A stretch of 64,000 bases of DNA from Ignavibacteriaceae bacterium (lineage in GTDB: Bacteria > Bacteroidota > Ignavibacteria > Ignavibacteriales > Ignavibacteriaceae): contig JACZKK010000158.1 of assembly GCA_014860115.1 (NCBI GenBank), forward strand, positions 5,176-69,175. Reading direction: 5' to 3'. The notes under the pieces are model-generated. The model was not told the origin of the DNA and did not search any database. It saw only the letters and a program-made list of their open reading frames with translations. A program made the position numbers and the translations under genes. Shown piece by piece: positions 9,029 through 18,186 of the stretch. Position 1 is the stretch's first letter; each line of letters begins with the position of its first letter.

Positions 9029-9532
9029 ATGATAAAACACTCACTCGTAAAGCAGTTTCTCCCTGTAATACTACTCTCGGTTTCGCTTTACTTTGTAGGC
9101 TGCGAGAAGAAAGCCGAAGATGGTAAACAAATACAGGAAGATGTGAAAAGTGAGAACATCTTACCTGACACTTCAGCATCTGTTTCTGCTCCTGAAAGTG
9201 AACCAGCAGGAGAAAGCAAGATACAGATCCCTGACATTAGAGGAACCTGGTCAGGCAAATTTGATGCAAGGGCAACTACTCTCACAATAACCGAGCAAAC
9301 TGATAGCAGTTTTTCCGGAAAGATTACTATCAGTTACAGAGAAGTAATCAATCAGGAAGTAAAAGGTACTTTTAGCCCGGCTTCTCTTAAGATGAATATG
9401 ACTGACCAGCTTCACAGCCGGTATCAGGGAAGTTACAGTGGTAAATTATCTAAAGAACTCACTAACTACTCAGGGACCTTCACAATGAAATTAGATGGTT
9501 CAAAATTCTCATTCAATCTGAACAAAAAATAA
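9029..9532 (+). CDS. hypothetical lipoprotein
   Basis: 167 aa. Signal peptide plus 'FVGCE' lipobox. Strong SD 'AAGGAGG'. No recognisable catalytic motif. Confidence 0.6.
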   Translation: MIKHSLVKQFLPVILLSVSLYFVGCEKKAEDGKQIQEDVKSENILPDTSASVSAPESEPAGESKIQIPDIRGTWSGKFDARATTLTITEQTDSSFSGKITISYREVINQEVKGTFSPASLKMNMTDQLHSRYQGSYSGKLSKELTNYSGTFTMKLDGSKFSFNLNKK

Positions 9533-9542
9533 GGAGCAAAAA

Positions 9543-10292
9543 ATGAAAAAATTATTTTTTCTGTTACTCATTCCGATTGTCGCTTTAATAATAAGTTCGT
9601 GCTCGGATGATGATCCGATTTCACCAACAACGACAGAAGGAAATCTTTATATAACATCTAATCCCGCTGGTGCACAAATCTGGATAGATGGTGTTAATAC
9701 TTCTCAAACAACGCCAGATACAGTTTTAGATATTGATGAAGGTGTTCGTAATGTAACTTTAAGACTTCAGGAATATAAGGATACTACTTTCAGTATAAGT
9801 ATAACTGCAAATCAGACAAGCATTGTTGGGCCAATTGTGCTGACTTCAGATATTGCTACAATACTGTATAACCCTGTTAGAATCTATGAAACTGCTGGAA
9901 CGAGCGCCAATGAACCAAGCGGTTTGGATTTATCAAGCGGAATGGCATACGGAGTATCTTCAGCAAATAGCGGACTCGTAGATATTTACTACTCCAGCAA
10001 CGGATATCTAGTACAAAGTGCTGATCTTTATACGGGCCTTATCAGGGAAACAGATTTTCTGGTTGGCACCGGAACTAATCTTTTTGATGGAGTTGATTCG
10101 CCTGAAAGAACGGTAGCATGGACAACCGGTATTGGCGATAGAGAAGATAATTATGTCTTCCTATACGATCATGATGGACATTATTCCAAACTTAAAATTG
10201 TAAACTGGGGCGGTGGAGTTCCTGGCGAACCTGCCTGGGTGGATGTTCAATGGTATTACAATGAAACGGTGCTTGACGTACGATTTAAATAA
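9543..10292 (+). CDS. PEGA-domain lipoprotein
   Basis: 249 aa. Lipobox 'ISSCS'. 'ITSNPAGAQIWIDGVNTSQTTPDTVLDIDEGVRNVTLRLQEYKD' fits the PEGA domain pattern. SD 'AAGGAG'. Confidence 0.7.
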   Translation: MKKLFFLLLIPIVALIISSCSDDDPISPTTTEGNLYITSNPAGAQIWIDGVNTSQTTPDTVLDIDEGVRNVTLRLQEYKDTTFSISITANQTSIVGPIVLTSDIATILYNPVRIYETAGTSANEPSGLDLSSGMAYGVSSANSGLVDIYYSSNGYLVQSADLYTGLIRETDFLVGTGTNLFDGVDSPERTVAWTTGIGDREDNYVFLYDHDGHYSKLKIVNWGGGVPGEPAWVDVQWYYNETVLDVRFK

Positions 10293-10315
10293 TCTTTATT
10301 CTTTTTATCTTACAC

Positions 10316-10346
10316 ACCCTCATCACAAAACGATGAGGGTTTTTTA
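10316..10346 (+). terminator. rho-independent terminator
   Basis: accctcatc (10316-10324) pairs with gatgagggt (10332-10340), 7-nt loop, followed by TTTTT. The stop codon of the convergent DMT gene lies inside the T-run. Confidence 0.8.
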
Positions 10347-11234
10347 TTTTCTTATTCTTAATTGAACAAGCAATGCACCGGCAGCAGCAATCAGCATTCC
10401 TAGTGCTTCCTGCAAAGAAATAGATTCACCTAGAAATATCCAGGCAAGTATTGCAATTTGAATTAGCATTGTCCCGTTGATTATACTTGACTCCATTGCT
10501 GAAAGTGTCCTCAATGTAAAATTCCAGATTGTAAATGCAAGAGCTGTATTGATAATCGCCAGCCATAGAAGGTATAAAATATTTTGAGTGCTGATGGATG
10601 GTAACCCCTGAGCAAGAATTCCGGCAACGAGCAGAATTATCGAACCAATTCCCATACTGATAATTGTAACTACAATTGGATTTATTCTTGCTTCCCGGTT
10701 AATGTTTCTTCCAAGCACAGCGGAAGCAGAATTTGCAAGAACACCAACTGTCATTACAATCAATCCTGTTATCTGACTTTCACTAAAATCGATTGGGAAA
10801 AAGTATGTGAGGATTCCTAGAACAAAAAGAACCACACCAATCCACTGGAGTATGGTTGGATATTCATTAATTAAAAAAATAGCCATCACCGCCACAATGA
10901 GCGGAGTAAAATTCAGCCACAAGCTCACCGTTACTGCAGGAAGAAGCGATAGTCCGATAAACTGTGTTCCTTGTGTGAATGCATAAAAAAGAAAACCAAG
11001 CAGAATAAGTTTCAGCCAGTCTTTCTTTTTTAGGTTCTTTATTACTGAAGAATTAGTTTTAGTAAAGGCAAACGGCAGAAGACAAATAAACGCAATTGTG
11101 TATCGCAGTCCCGCAAAAGTTAATGGTGGAATTTCAGCCAGCCCGATTTTTATTATCACGAATGATGTTGACCAGAGGAGAGTAACTAGCAGAGCAAGTA
11201 GAATTGACGTAAGATGAGAAGGACACTTACTCAT
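10344..11234 (-). CDS. DMT-superfamily (EamA-like) transporter
   Basis: 296 aa, about 10 hydrophobic helices in two similar halves. Overlaps the upstream GT gene by 4 nt. Confidence 0.85.
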   Translation of the reverse strand: MSKCPSHLTSILLALLVTLLWSTSFVIIKIGLAEIPPLTFAGLRYTIAFICLLPFAFTKTNSSVIKNLKKKDWLKLILLGFLFYAFTQGTQFIGLSLLPAVTVSLWLNFTPLIVAVMAIFLINEYPTILQWIGVVLFVLGILTYFFPIDFSESQITGLIVMTVGVLANSASAVLGRNINREARINPIVVTIISMGIGSIILLVAGILAQGLPSISTQNILYLLWLAIINTALAFTIWNFTLRTLSAMESSIINGTMLIQIAILAWIFLGESISLQEALGMLIAAAGALLVQLRIRK

Positions 11235-12763
11235 ATAAATATTTTATCGCTTTGCCTGATTTCATCTAAACTTCTTTTAAAACCTCTGCCGATAAATATT
11301 GGTAGATTGTTCTCATAAGGCATTGCATATTTAGTTTGATGATATCCGGCTTCGTAAACTTCTTCCAACGATTCTAGATGTTCTTCTATCTCTCCGCCAA
11401 TGATAATAAGAGTTGTTATGTTCTTTAAATCAGGCCACCGGTACCAATAGTTATTATGCGGGCAAACAACTTTCGGCAGCAAATGTTTTTTACTATAGTA
11501 CTCAAGCGAACCCGCTTTGCCATAGTTACTGCAGTAAACAAGAGTATGCTTTTTTTCTTCTTCGGAGAGTTTCAGATAAACATCTGAAACATTTTTGGCA
11601 AGGTCTTCCCATCCAAACATATCAGAATAAAACTGCGGCAGAACTGTTTCGTGACCTTCGCTGCTCGGTGGTTTTAACCCAATTGAATTTTGGTAATCAA
11701 GAAAGTTTTCAACTGAGAGTAATGGACGTGCAAAAGGTGCGAACAAAATTCCAAATAAAATAACAGGAAAAGCTGTTGCATATTTAATCCAGCTCTTATT
11801 CAAACTCCATTTCTCAATCATCACTGCACCTCCTGCAAAAAGTATTTGGTAAGCTGCTGCGACGTATTCTCCCTTACTATGCCAGTTGATGAATAGAATA
11901 GCAAAAGTTGTGAGCCAGATAAAACCAACAACACGGAATTGCTTACTTTCTTTTTTAAGAAAATAAAATATCAATCCCGGAAGCCAGATTAGAATTGACA
12001 AAGGATTCAGAATTAATATCTGGTCAATTATAAATGAAACAGGAGTTAGTCCGACATACTTTCTTGATGCAGCATTTCTCATAAATTCAAGGTGGGCAAA
12101 ATCGTGTGATATATTCCAGATTATATATGGTGAAAAAATTAATAGAGCAATTGCAGCGGCGATATATGGATATTTTGTCCTTAGCTCTTTTCTTAATGGA
12201 GTAAAAATTATTCCCAGAGCAATTCCCGAACTGAGCCACAGCATACTTGTTTTGTTCAGAAGCCCAAAACCTATAACAACTCCAAGCAGCAGCCAGAGTT
12301 TGTGGTCGTTAGTTTGAATAATTCTAAGGAAAATATATGCTGAAGAAATCCAGAAGAAAAAATCGAATACGTTCATCGAATATATCGTATTCATTCCCAT
12401 GAAGATTGGGGTAAGCATAAATCCAATTGTTGAAATGATAATTGCTGTTTTATTTCCGCCAAGACGAATAGTAAATAATCCGATCACGAAAAGATTTATT
12501 GAAGTAACAATCGCCGGGACAATTCTTATTGCAAACATCGAATCACCGAAAAGTGATTTCCACATCGCAAGAATCCAGATTGAGAAAGGCGGATGATCGA
12601 CATATCCGAAGTCGAGCCGGTTTGCACAAGCCAGATAATAAAACTCATCACGGAACATCCCGTAAGCAAAAAAAGCCTGGGTAATCAGGTAGATCAGAAG
12701 ATTTATAAAAGCAATTGAGATAATAAGTGTGAGCAGGTTTTGGGGAATTTTTTCGTTTTCCAT
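11231..12763 (-). CDS. GT-C fold glycosyltransferase, GT39/ArnT-like (PMT_2 family)
   Basis: 510 aa polytopic membrane protein. N-terminal loop 'FRDEFYYLACANRLDFGYVDHPPFS' matches the DExYY...GYxDHPP signature of ArnT/PMT-type transferases (from memory). Confidence 0.8.
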   Translation of the reverse strand: MENEKIPQNLLTLIISIAFINLLIYLITQAFFAYGMFRDEFYYLACANRLDFGYVDHPPFSIWILAMWKSLFGDSMFAIRIVPAIVTSINLFVIGLFTIRLGGNKTAIIISTIGFMLTPIFMGMNTIYSMNVFDFFFWISSAYIFLRIIQTNDHKLWLLLGVVIGFGLLNKTSMLWLSSGIALGIIFTPLRKELRTKYPYIAAAIALLIFSPYIIWNISHDFAHLEFMRNAASRKYVGLTPVSFIIDQILILNPLSILIWLPGLIFYFLKKESKQFRVVGFIWLTTFAILFINWHSKGEYVAAAYQILFAGGAVMIEKWSLNKSWIKYATAFPVILFGILFAPFARPLLSVENFLDYQNSIGLKPPSSEGHETVLPQFYSDMFGWEDLAKNVSDVYLKLSEEEKKHTLVYCSNYGKAGSLEYYSKKHLLPKVVCPHNNYWYRWPDLKNITTLIIIGGEIEEHLESLEEVYEAGYHQTKYAMPYENNLPIFIGRGFKRSLDEIRQSDKIFI

Positions 12764-12778
12764 TTTGAAGAACCTGAA

Positions 12779-13804
12779 TTATAAATTCATAAAAGTTTTT
12801 ATTCTATGATAAACTATTTCCGAATCAATTCCACCAATCCCGCTGAAATCACAAATGTGCGGATCGCCGGGACAAACTGTTGAGCAATAATTTTCTTCGG
12901 GCAAAATTATTTCAGATTTATTTCCGAGTGGACCCCACAGCTTCGGTGAGCATGCTGGTAAAGGACAAAACATTGAAACTGTTGGTACCTTCAAAGCCGA
13001 GCAAATATGCATGGGTCCTGTACTCGCTGACACCAGAACATCCAAAGTGCTGAAATTAAGTGTTGATTCTCTGAGTGACAATCCAATATTTGGATAAATA
13101 ACCCTTTCAATATTTTTAATTTCATCAGATGGATTGTTATCAGTAACAACAACGCGAATGTTTTTCTCGTTAGATAACATTATGATTAACTTTTGATATT
13201 CATCAATAGTAAGATTTGGTGATGATTTACCGCTGGTTGTATTTATTCCAATTAAAAACTCTCCTTTTGGTGCTATTTTCTTTTTAATTTCATCACGCTT
13301 TTCTTTTTCATCTGCCGATAAAAAGATTTCGGGCTCAAGACCCTTCGGTTCAATTCCTATTTTTCTGACCATATCCAAACAATAATCAGCTTCGTGTCTG
13401 AGTGGAATATATTTTTTTCTGTCAACATATTTCGAGAAGCTCAAGAACTGATAGAGTTTATGTCCAACTCCAATTCGGTTTGGAATACCGCTGAAGAATA
13501 AAATCCAGTTTAACCTTTCATCTGGCAAGAGCATAAATGCATGAGTGAATTTGTGACCTCTTATTTCTTTGACTAATTGCCAGAATGTTTTTGGTGAAGA
13601 GTTATCTTTTCCATCAAACGATATTATTTCATCTACATGAGGATTATTGAAATAAATATCTCTTGTATATTTTTTTACCAGTACAGCTATGAAGCTATCG
13701 GGGCGGGCTTTTTTTATTTCCCGAGGTATTGGTGTGGAAAGAACCACATCGCCTATGCGGTCAATTCTAGATACTAGTATTCTAACTTGTTTTTCATCGT
13801 TCAA
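12779..13804 (-). CDS. glycosyltransferase family 9 (heptosyltransferase-like)
   Basis: 341 aa. 'ILVSRIDRIGDVVLSTPIPREIK' N-terminal GT9 motif. C-terminal 'LVSASTGPMHICSALKVPTVSMF'. Confidence 0.85.
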   Translation of the reverse strand: MNDEKQVRILVSRIDRIGDVVLSTPIPREIKKARPDSFIAVLVKKYTRDIYFNNPHVDEIISFDGKDNSSPKTFWQLVKEIRGHKFTHAFMLLPDERLNWILFFSGIPNRIGVGHKLYQFLSFSKYVDRKKYIPLRHEADYCLDMVRKIGIEPKGLEPEIFLSADEKEKRDEIKKKIAPKGEFLIGINTTSGKSSPNLTIDEYQKLIIMLSNEKNIRVVVTDNNPSDEIKNIERVIYPNIGLSLRESTLNFSTLDVLVSASTGPMHICSALKVPTVSMFCPLPACSPKLWGPLGNKSEIILPEENYCSTVCPGDPHICDFSGIGGIDSEIVYHRIKTFMNL

Positions 13805-13870
13805 AATGATTTTCGCATTCTTAAATTAAACCTGGTTGCATTGAAATTATATCAGTTAAGGAATTATTTT

Positions 13871-15958
13871 TTACCAGTAGTCAGCTTGAACCCAACGATT
13901 AACAATATCCCATAGATAATAACCACTTACAAACTCACGAGTGAATAGTTTATAATTATCAGGACTGAATTTTACTTCCACTATTACAGTATTTCCTAAA
14001 AAATTTTCAATATTAATTTCTTTGTTAATATCCCAAAGCGAAAGCGCGAATGCCTGCCCTGAGTAAGCAGCAAGTTTGCCATCAGAAGTAATATGCAATT
14101 TGCGAGGAAAACCAAAGTTAGTGATAGTCTTGATTATAGAAGAAGTATTAATATCCCAAACTTTAAAATCACCAAAGGTGTGAAAAAATATTTTATCTCC
14201 ATCAGCATTAAAATGAACAGAAGTAGATCGAAATGTATTAGGTATCTCATATTTAAAGGCGCCTGATTCAAATTCCCAAACTTTCAAATTACCATCCCAG
14301 AAACCAATAGCTAACAGGCTTTGATTCGGATCAATTGACATATAAACTGCATTACCAGAATAGATTATCCGGGCTGTATAGCTCCAATCGTCTGTCTTGT
14401 AAAACCGCAAATGATCATATCTTTCCACAATCAGATAATTTCCATCCGTTGTGTATTGTATAAAATTAGGTCCATATCCCAATTCTAATCTTTTACATAG
14501 CTGACCGGAGACAATATCCCAAATTTTTATAGTATAATAATTTCCAATAGCAGCCACATATTTATTATCCGGGCTGATGGCAATTTTCTCAAATATTTGG
14601 TCTGTACTGTCTCCGATAAAAGTATTAATTAATGCTCCACTTGCTAAATTAAACACTCTCACACAAACACTATTCCCAATGTATCCACCTATTGCAACTA
14701 AAGTGAAATCATTGTTTACGGCAGTTTCTGAAATTCCATATGGCACTGAGAAATGTTTATCAATTTCGAGCGTCTTAGAAAAAAATATTTTTATATCGTT
14801 GCTCGGCGGTGTAATGTTGGCTGACGTAAAAGCTTTTACATGAAAAATATATACCGCTGATGTATCTAAGCTTTGGACAACGTACTCTGTAATATTTGAG
14901 CCAACTCTTGTAATTTCACTGGTGTAGCCACTATTATCAATTTCGTAAATGATAAATCCTTTTTCAAATGATGAATTATCTTTCCATTTTAACTTTACCG
15001 ATGTTCCAGATATATGTTCAAAAGTCAGATTGGAGGGTGCTGGAAAATCAAGAACCAAAGTAGGAAAAAAAGCCCGGGGTGATTCAAAATAACCTCTTGT
15101 TGCATGAACTGAAAAATTAATATTCTGATTGATATAGAATATGTTATTAATAATTGTGTTGGTAACATCTGCAGGTAGAAATTGTATCGGAACGTAATTT
15201 CCGTAATCACTTCTTTTTGAGATTACGTATCCGGTTTCAAATGAACTATTATCGTTCCAGCTTAAAATTGCTGAAGTATCAGATGTGATAGTTGCGTTAA
15301 GATTATCAGGTTCAATTAACCTTAGTACCGCCTGTGCAATATTGGAATAACCGCTAAATATTTTGTTTTGAAAGGCTCTTACACGAAATAAATATTTTGT
15401 ATTAATAGAAAAATCACCATACACTAAATATGACGTGATGTTCGAATCGAGCTGGGCAATTTTGAAAAAATTAGAATCATCAACTGCTTGTTCAACCTCA
15501 AATCCTGTTTCATATTTACAATTGTCAATCCAGTTCAAAGCAATTACGGAGTCAGATAACAATTCCGCACTAAGATTACTCGGCATAAAACGATATACAT
15601 TAATAATGATGTAATCCGATTCGGATACCTTACCAGACTTGTTATAAGCTTTAGCCTGAAGAATATGTTGTGAGCCTTCCTCGTACCACCTGCAGTCCCA
15701 TAAATATTCGTATGGTGGTTTCTCAAAGACGGTGTTTTGTGAAATGGTATGATCTATATATAACTCTACTCGCTTTACATCAATATTATTGACAGCGATT
15801 TTAATTCTGGTAGTATCGGATACTGCAGAGTTATTAATCGGGCTGACGATTTTTACGGAAGGAGTGCTATCTGAAATTGTGGGAGGTACGTCTTCGCAAG
15901 AGTTAATACTAAAGATGACAATTGAAATTAGCAGTAAAACTAATATTGACTTTTTCAT
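13871..15958 (-). CDS. lipoprotein with three fibronectin-III-like repeats and a C-terminal WD40-like beta-propeller
   Basis: 695 aa. Lipobox 'INSCE'. Three repeats of the type 'L.A...SD..I.L.W.DN...E.G..I' ('IALNWIDNCKYETGFEVEQ', 'AILSWNDNSSFETGYVISK', 'VKLKWKDNSSFEKGFIIYE'). C-terminal blades: 'IKIWDIVSG', 'LKVWEFESG', 'FKVWDINTS', 'LSLWDINKE', 'YYLWDIVNR'. Confidence 0.75.
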   Translation of the reverse strand: MKKSILVLLLISIVIFSINSCEDVPPTISDSTPSVKIVSPINNSAVSDTTRIKIAVNNIDVKRVELYIDHTISQNTVFEKPPYEYLWDCRWYEEGSQHILQAKAYNKSGKVSESDYIIINVYRFMPSNLSAELLSDSVIALNWIDNCKYETGFEVEQAVDDSNFFKIAQLDSNITSYLVYGDFSINTKYLFRVRAFQNKIFSGYSNIAQAVLRLIEPDNLNATITSDTSAILSWNDNSSFETGYVISKRSDYGNYVPIQFLPADVTNTIINNIFYINQNINFSVHATRGYFESPRAFFPTLVLDFPAPSNLTFEHISGTSVKLKWKDNSSFEKGFIIYEIDNSGYTSEITRVGSNITEYVVQSLDTSAVYIFHVKAFTSANITPPSNDIKIFFSKTLEIDKHFSVPYGISETAVNNDFTLVAIGGYIGNSVCVRVFNLASGALINTFIGDSTDQIFEKIAISPDNKYVAAIGNYYTIKIWDIVSGQLCKRLELGYGPNFIQYTTDGNYLIVERYDHLRFYKTDDWSYTARIIYSGNAVYMSIDPNQSLLAIGFWDGNLKVWEFESGAFKYEIPNTFRSTSVHFNADGDKIFFHTFGDFKVWDINTSSIIKTITNFGFPRKLHITSDGKLAAYSGQAFALSLWDINKEINIENFLGNTVIVEVKFSPDNYKLFTREFVSGYYLWDIVNRWVQADYW

Positions 15959-16121
15959 TCTGATCCCCCAAGAATTTTATGAAAAACAATTTCTCTCATT
16001 TAATGTAATAAGACTCAATCATTATCACAATGTAGAATATTGCATCCGGTAAATGCTTGGACCCGATCATAATTTTAATAAAACAAACTTGTGCTGATTA
16101 TTAATTTTATCATACATATGC

Positions 16122-16961
16122 TCAATTCAATAATGAAAGAATCTTTTTTTCATTTACAGAGTTAGGATAGAAATCTCCCATCCATCTAATGCAGCGATTT
16201 GCATCCAATGGGACGCCCACCGCAGGTACATCAAACTTTGCATAAAGTCGTAGTCCATTTATCAGCTCGGGAATACAGGCAACACCAAAAACTTCAATGC
16301 TTTGCCCGTTTGATTTTGCCAGCTTAAAAATTTTCTTCAGGTCTGCTTCTCTCCAGATATATGCTTTGATATTTTTCAATTTCAACAGCTTGCTTACTGA
16401 GTTGATGGAACAATTTTTTGAACAACTCTTACAAACATAATCAGTTCCGTCGGAAGCGGACAAACAATCTTTATCAAGGTCGTGCAAACAGTGTGGCAAA
16501 AATGCATACTTTGAATCAGATGCATTGAATTTTTCTTTATTTAAACGATTTACAAGTTCTATTTCCAGTATATAGAGAAGATACTGCTCGCGGGTAGTAG
16601 TTAATGTCGAGTTACATGTTTCAGCAAGAGTAAGATTTTTCAGATGTTCATTTATATCAGTAAAATATTTTGAGAGCCTTGCTTCCGATTCAATCAGAAG
16701 TTTTGTAATCACAGAATCAGTAGTTGTTTTTTTCCTTTCGGCTTTTAAATACCGCTTTTTGTTTGAATATTTTCTAATTAGCGATAAAAGTTGTGCCTCT
16801 GAATCTGCATAGGAAAGGAAAGATTCGACTAAATCAGATAACACAGAATAAAACTCATCTGTGTTAAGTCTTCCAGCATAAAGTAAATAAGTCTTTCCTA
16901 TGATATCTGATTTAGCATCCATTTTTATGTCATACAAATTAATTGCTGAACAATCTTTCAA
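16122..16961 (-). CDS. Cys-rich DUF116-like protein
   Basis: 279 aa. 'AFLPHCLHDLDKDCLSASDGTDYVCKSCSKNCSINS...VFGVACIPELINGL...VPLDANRCI' carries seven Cys in the LPHCL / CxxC / GVAC arrangement I recall for DUF116 (COG1852). Function unknown. Confidence 0.6.
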   Translation of the reverse strand: MKDCSAINLYDIKMDAKSDIIGKTYLLYAGRLNTDEFYSVLSDLVESFLSYADSEAQLLSLIRKYSNKKRYLKAERKKTTTDSVITKLLIESEARLSKYFTDINEHLKNLTLAETCNSTLTTTREQYLLYILEIELVNRLNKEKFNASDSKYAFLPHCLHDLDKDCLSASDGTDYVCKSCSKNCSINSVSKLLKLKNIKAYIWREADLKKIFKLAKSNGQSIEVFGVACIPELINGLRLYAKFDVPAVGVPLDANRCIRWMGDFYPNSVNEKKILSLLN

Positions 16962-17105
16962 TAGTAAAATTAAATTAATTCTTTAATGACATACACGCAA
17001 GCACCTGAGTGCATACCTTGTGAATATTTAGTTTCAGGTTCTCTTCAAGTTGCTGATCTTTTTCATTAATTTTAACATCAATTATTTAGTAATATGGTTC
17101 TATAA

Positions 17106-18089
17106 ATGTCAAAGAAAAAATCTGAATCAGGAAAAACTTCCGAAAAATTGACCCGTCTTGATATCGATGAAGAGCTGCGAAAAAAAATTCTTCCCTTCTG
17201 CAGATTGAAGAAGGGTGAAATCTGGAAAGATCCAAAAGGCAAGCATAAAGTTGGTGTCCTTGATGCAACCAGTATTTCAGATACAAAAAAACTATTTAGT
17301 AAAGAAAACGCACAGCTTGTAATAAATGATCCGCCTTACAATGTTGTAGTGGGCAATGCCAATACACAGAATCTTTCAAAGATTGATATAGATAAGTATA
17401 TTGAATTTTCACGGAAATGGGTTTCAAATGTTCTTTCTGTTCTTGATGAAGATGCTTCGCTTTACATCTGGCTTGGTGCTGATCAGAATGATGGCTTCCA
17501 GCCGCTGCCTGAATTTATGATTATGATGAGAGAGTTTGAGGATTTAAAAACCCGTAGCTTCATCACTATGAGAAACCAACGTGGATACGGCACACAAAAA
17601 AACTGGATGTCAGTTCGACAAGAACTGCTTTTTTATATAAAAGGAAATCCACACTTCAAAGTTGTGTACACTGAAATACCTAAAATCCTCGGAGGGTATT
17701 ACAAAGAAGTGAACGGAAAAGTGACCGATAATTTTGAAAGAGGTAAGTCCGGATTTATCCGTCCGGGAAATGTTTGGGTTGATATTCAACAAGTGTTTTA
17801 CAGGATGGAAGAAAATGTTCCCGGGGCTTATGCACAGAAACCTCTCAAAAGCATTTCAAGAATAATTGAAGCAAGCAGCCGGAAGAATGATCTTGTTGCA
17901 GATTTTTTTAGTCACAGTGGAGTTACACTTTTAGCTTCAGAAATGCTCGGAAGAAAATGTTATGCAATGGAAATTGATCCAGTGTTTGCAGAACTATCAA
18001 TCAGAAGATTAGAACGATATCGCAAAACAGGCAAATACGGCTGGCAATGGAATAATCCGTTTCCGGAAGTACTGAGAATGAAGGACTAA
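17106..18089 (+). CDS. beta-class DNA methyltransferase (N6-adenine/N4-cytosine family, DPPY type), orphan
   Basis: 327 aa. Motif IV 'VINDPPYNV' precedes the C-terminal SAM-binding motif I region 'LVADFFSHSGVTLLASEMLGRKCYAMEIDP', the beta-class order as in CcrM/HinfI-type enzymes. 'AQKPLKSISRIIE' matches the T/AQKP motif. Confidence 0.85.
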   Translation: MSKKKSESGKTSEKLTRLDIDEELRKKILPFCRLKKGEIWKDPKGKHKVGVLDATSISDTKKLFSKENAQLVINDPPYNVVVGNANTQNLSKIDIDKYIEFSRKWVSNVLSVLDEDASLYIWLGADQNDGFQPLPEFMIMMREFEDLKTRSFITMRNQRGYGTQKNWMSVRQELLFYIKGNPHFKVVYTEIPKILGGYYKEVNGKVTDNFERGKSGFIRPGNVWVDIQQVFYRMEENVPGAYAQKPLKSISRIIEASSRKNDLVADFFSHSGVTLLASEMLGRKCYAMEIDPVFAELSIRRLERYRKTGKYGWQWNNPFPEVLRMKD

Positions 18090-18186
18090 GCAAGAAAATT
18101 AAAATGTCTTTTTAGCGAATTTGGAATTGAACTTTCTATATCAATCAATTAGCTTTGCTCATCAAATTAAAACCGGAAATTCACTA

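Noticed and set aside
11413-11763. Long antisense or alternative-frame ORFs of 100 aa or more inside larger genes: 11413..11763, 22195..22512, 42215..42535, 46138..46446, 6791..7096, 51588..51893, 53903..54220, 2590..2916.
   Set aside because: Each is fully nested in a longer ORF with clear family motifs. Their translations are low-complexity (Ser/Leu/Phe/Ile-rich), with no SD or recognisable motif.
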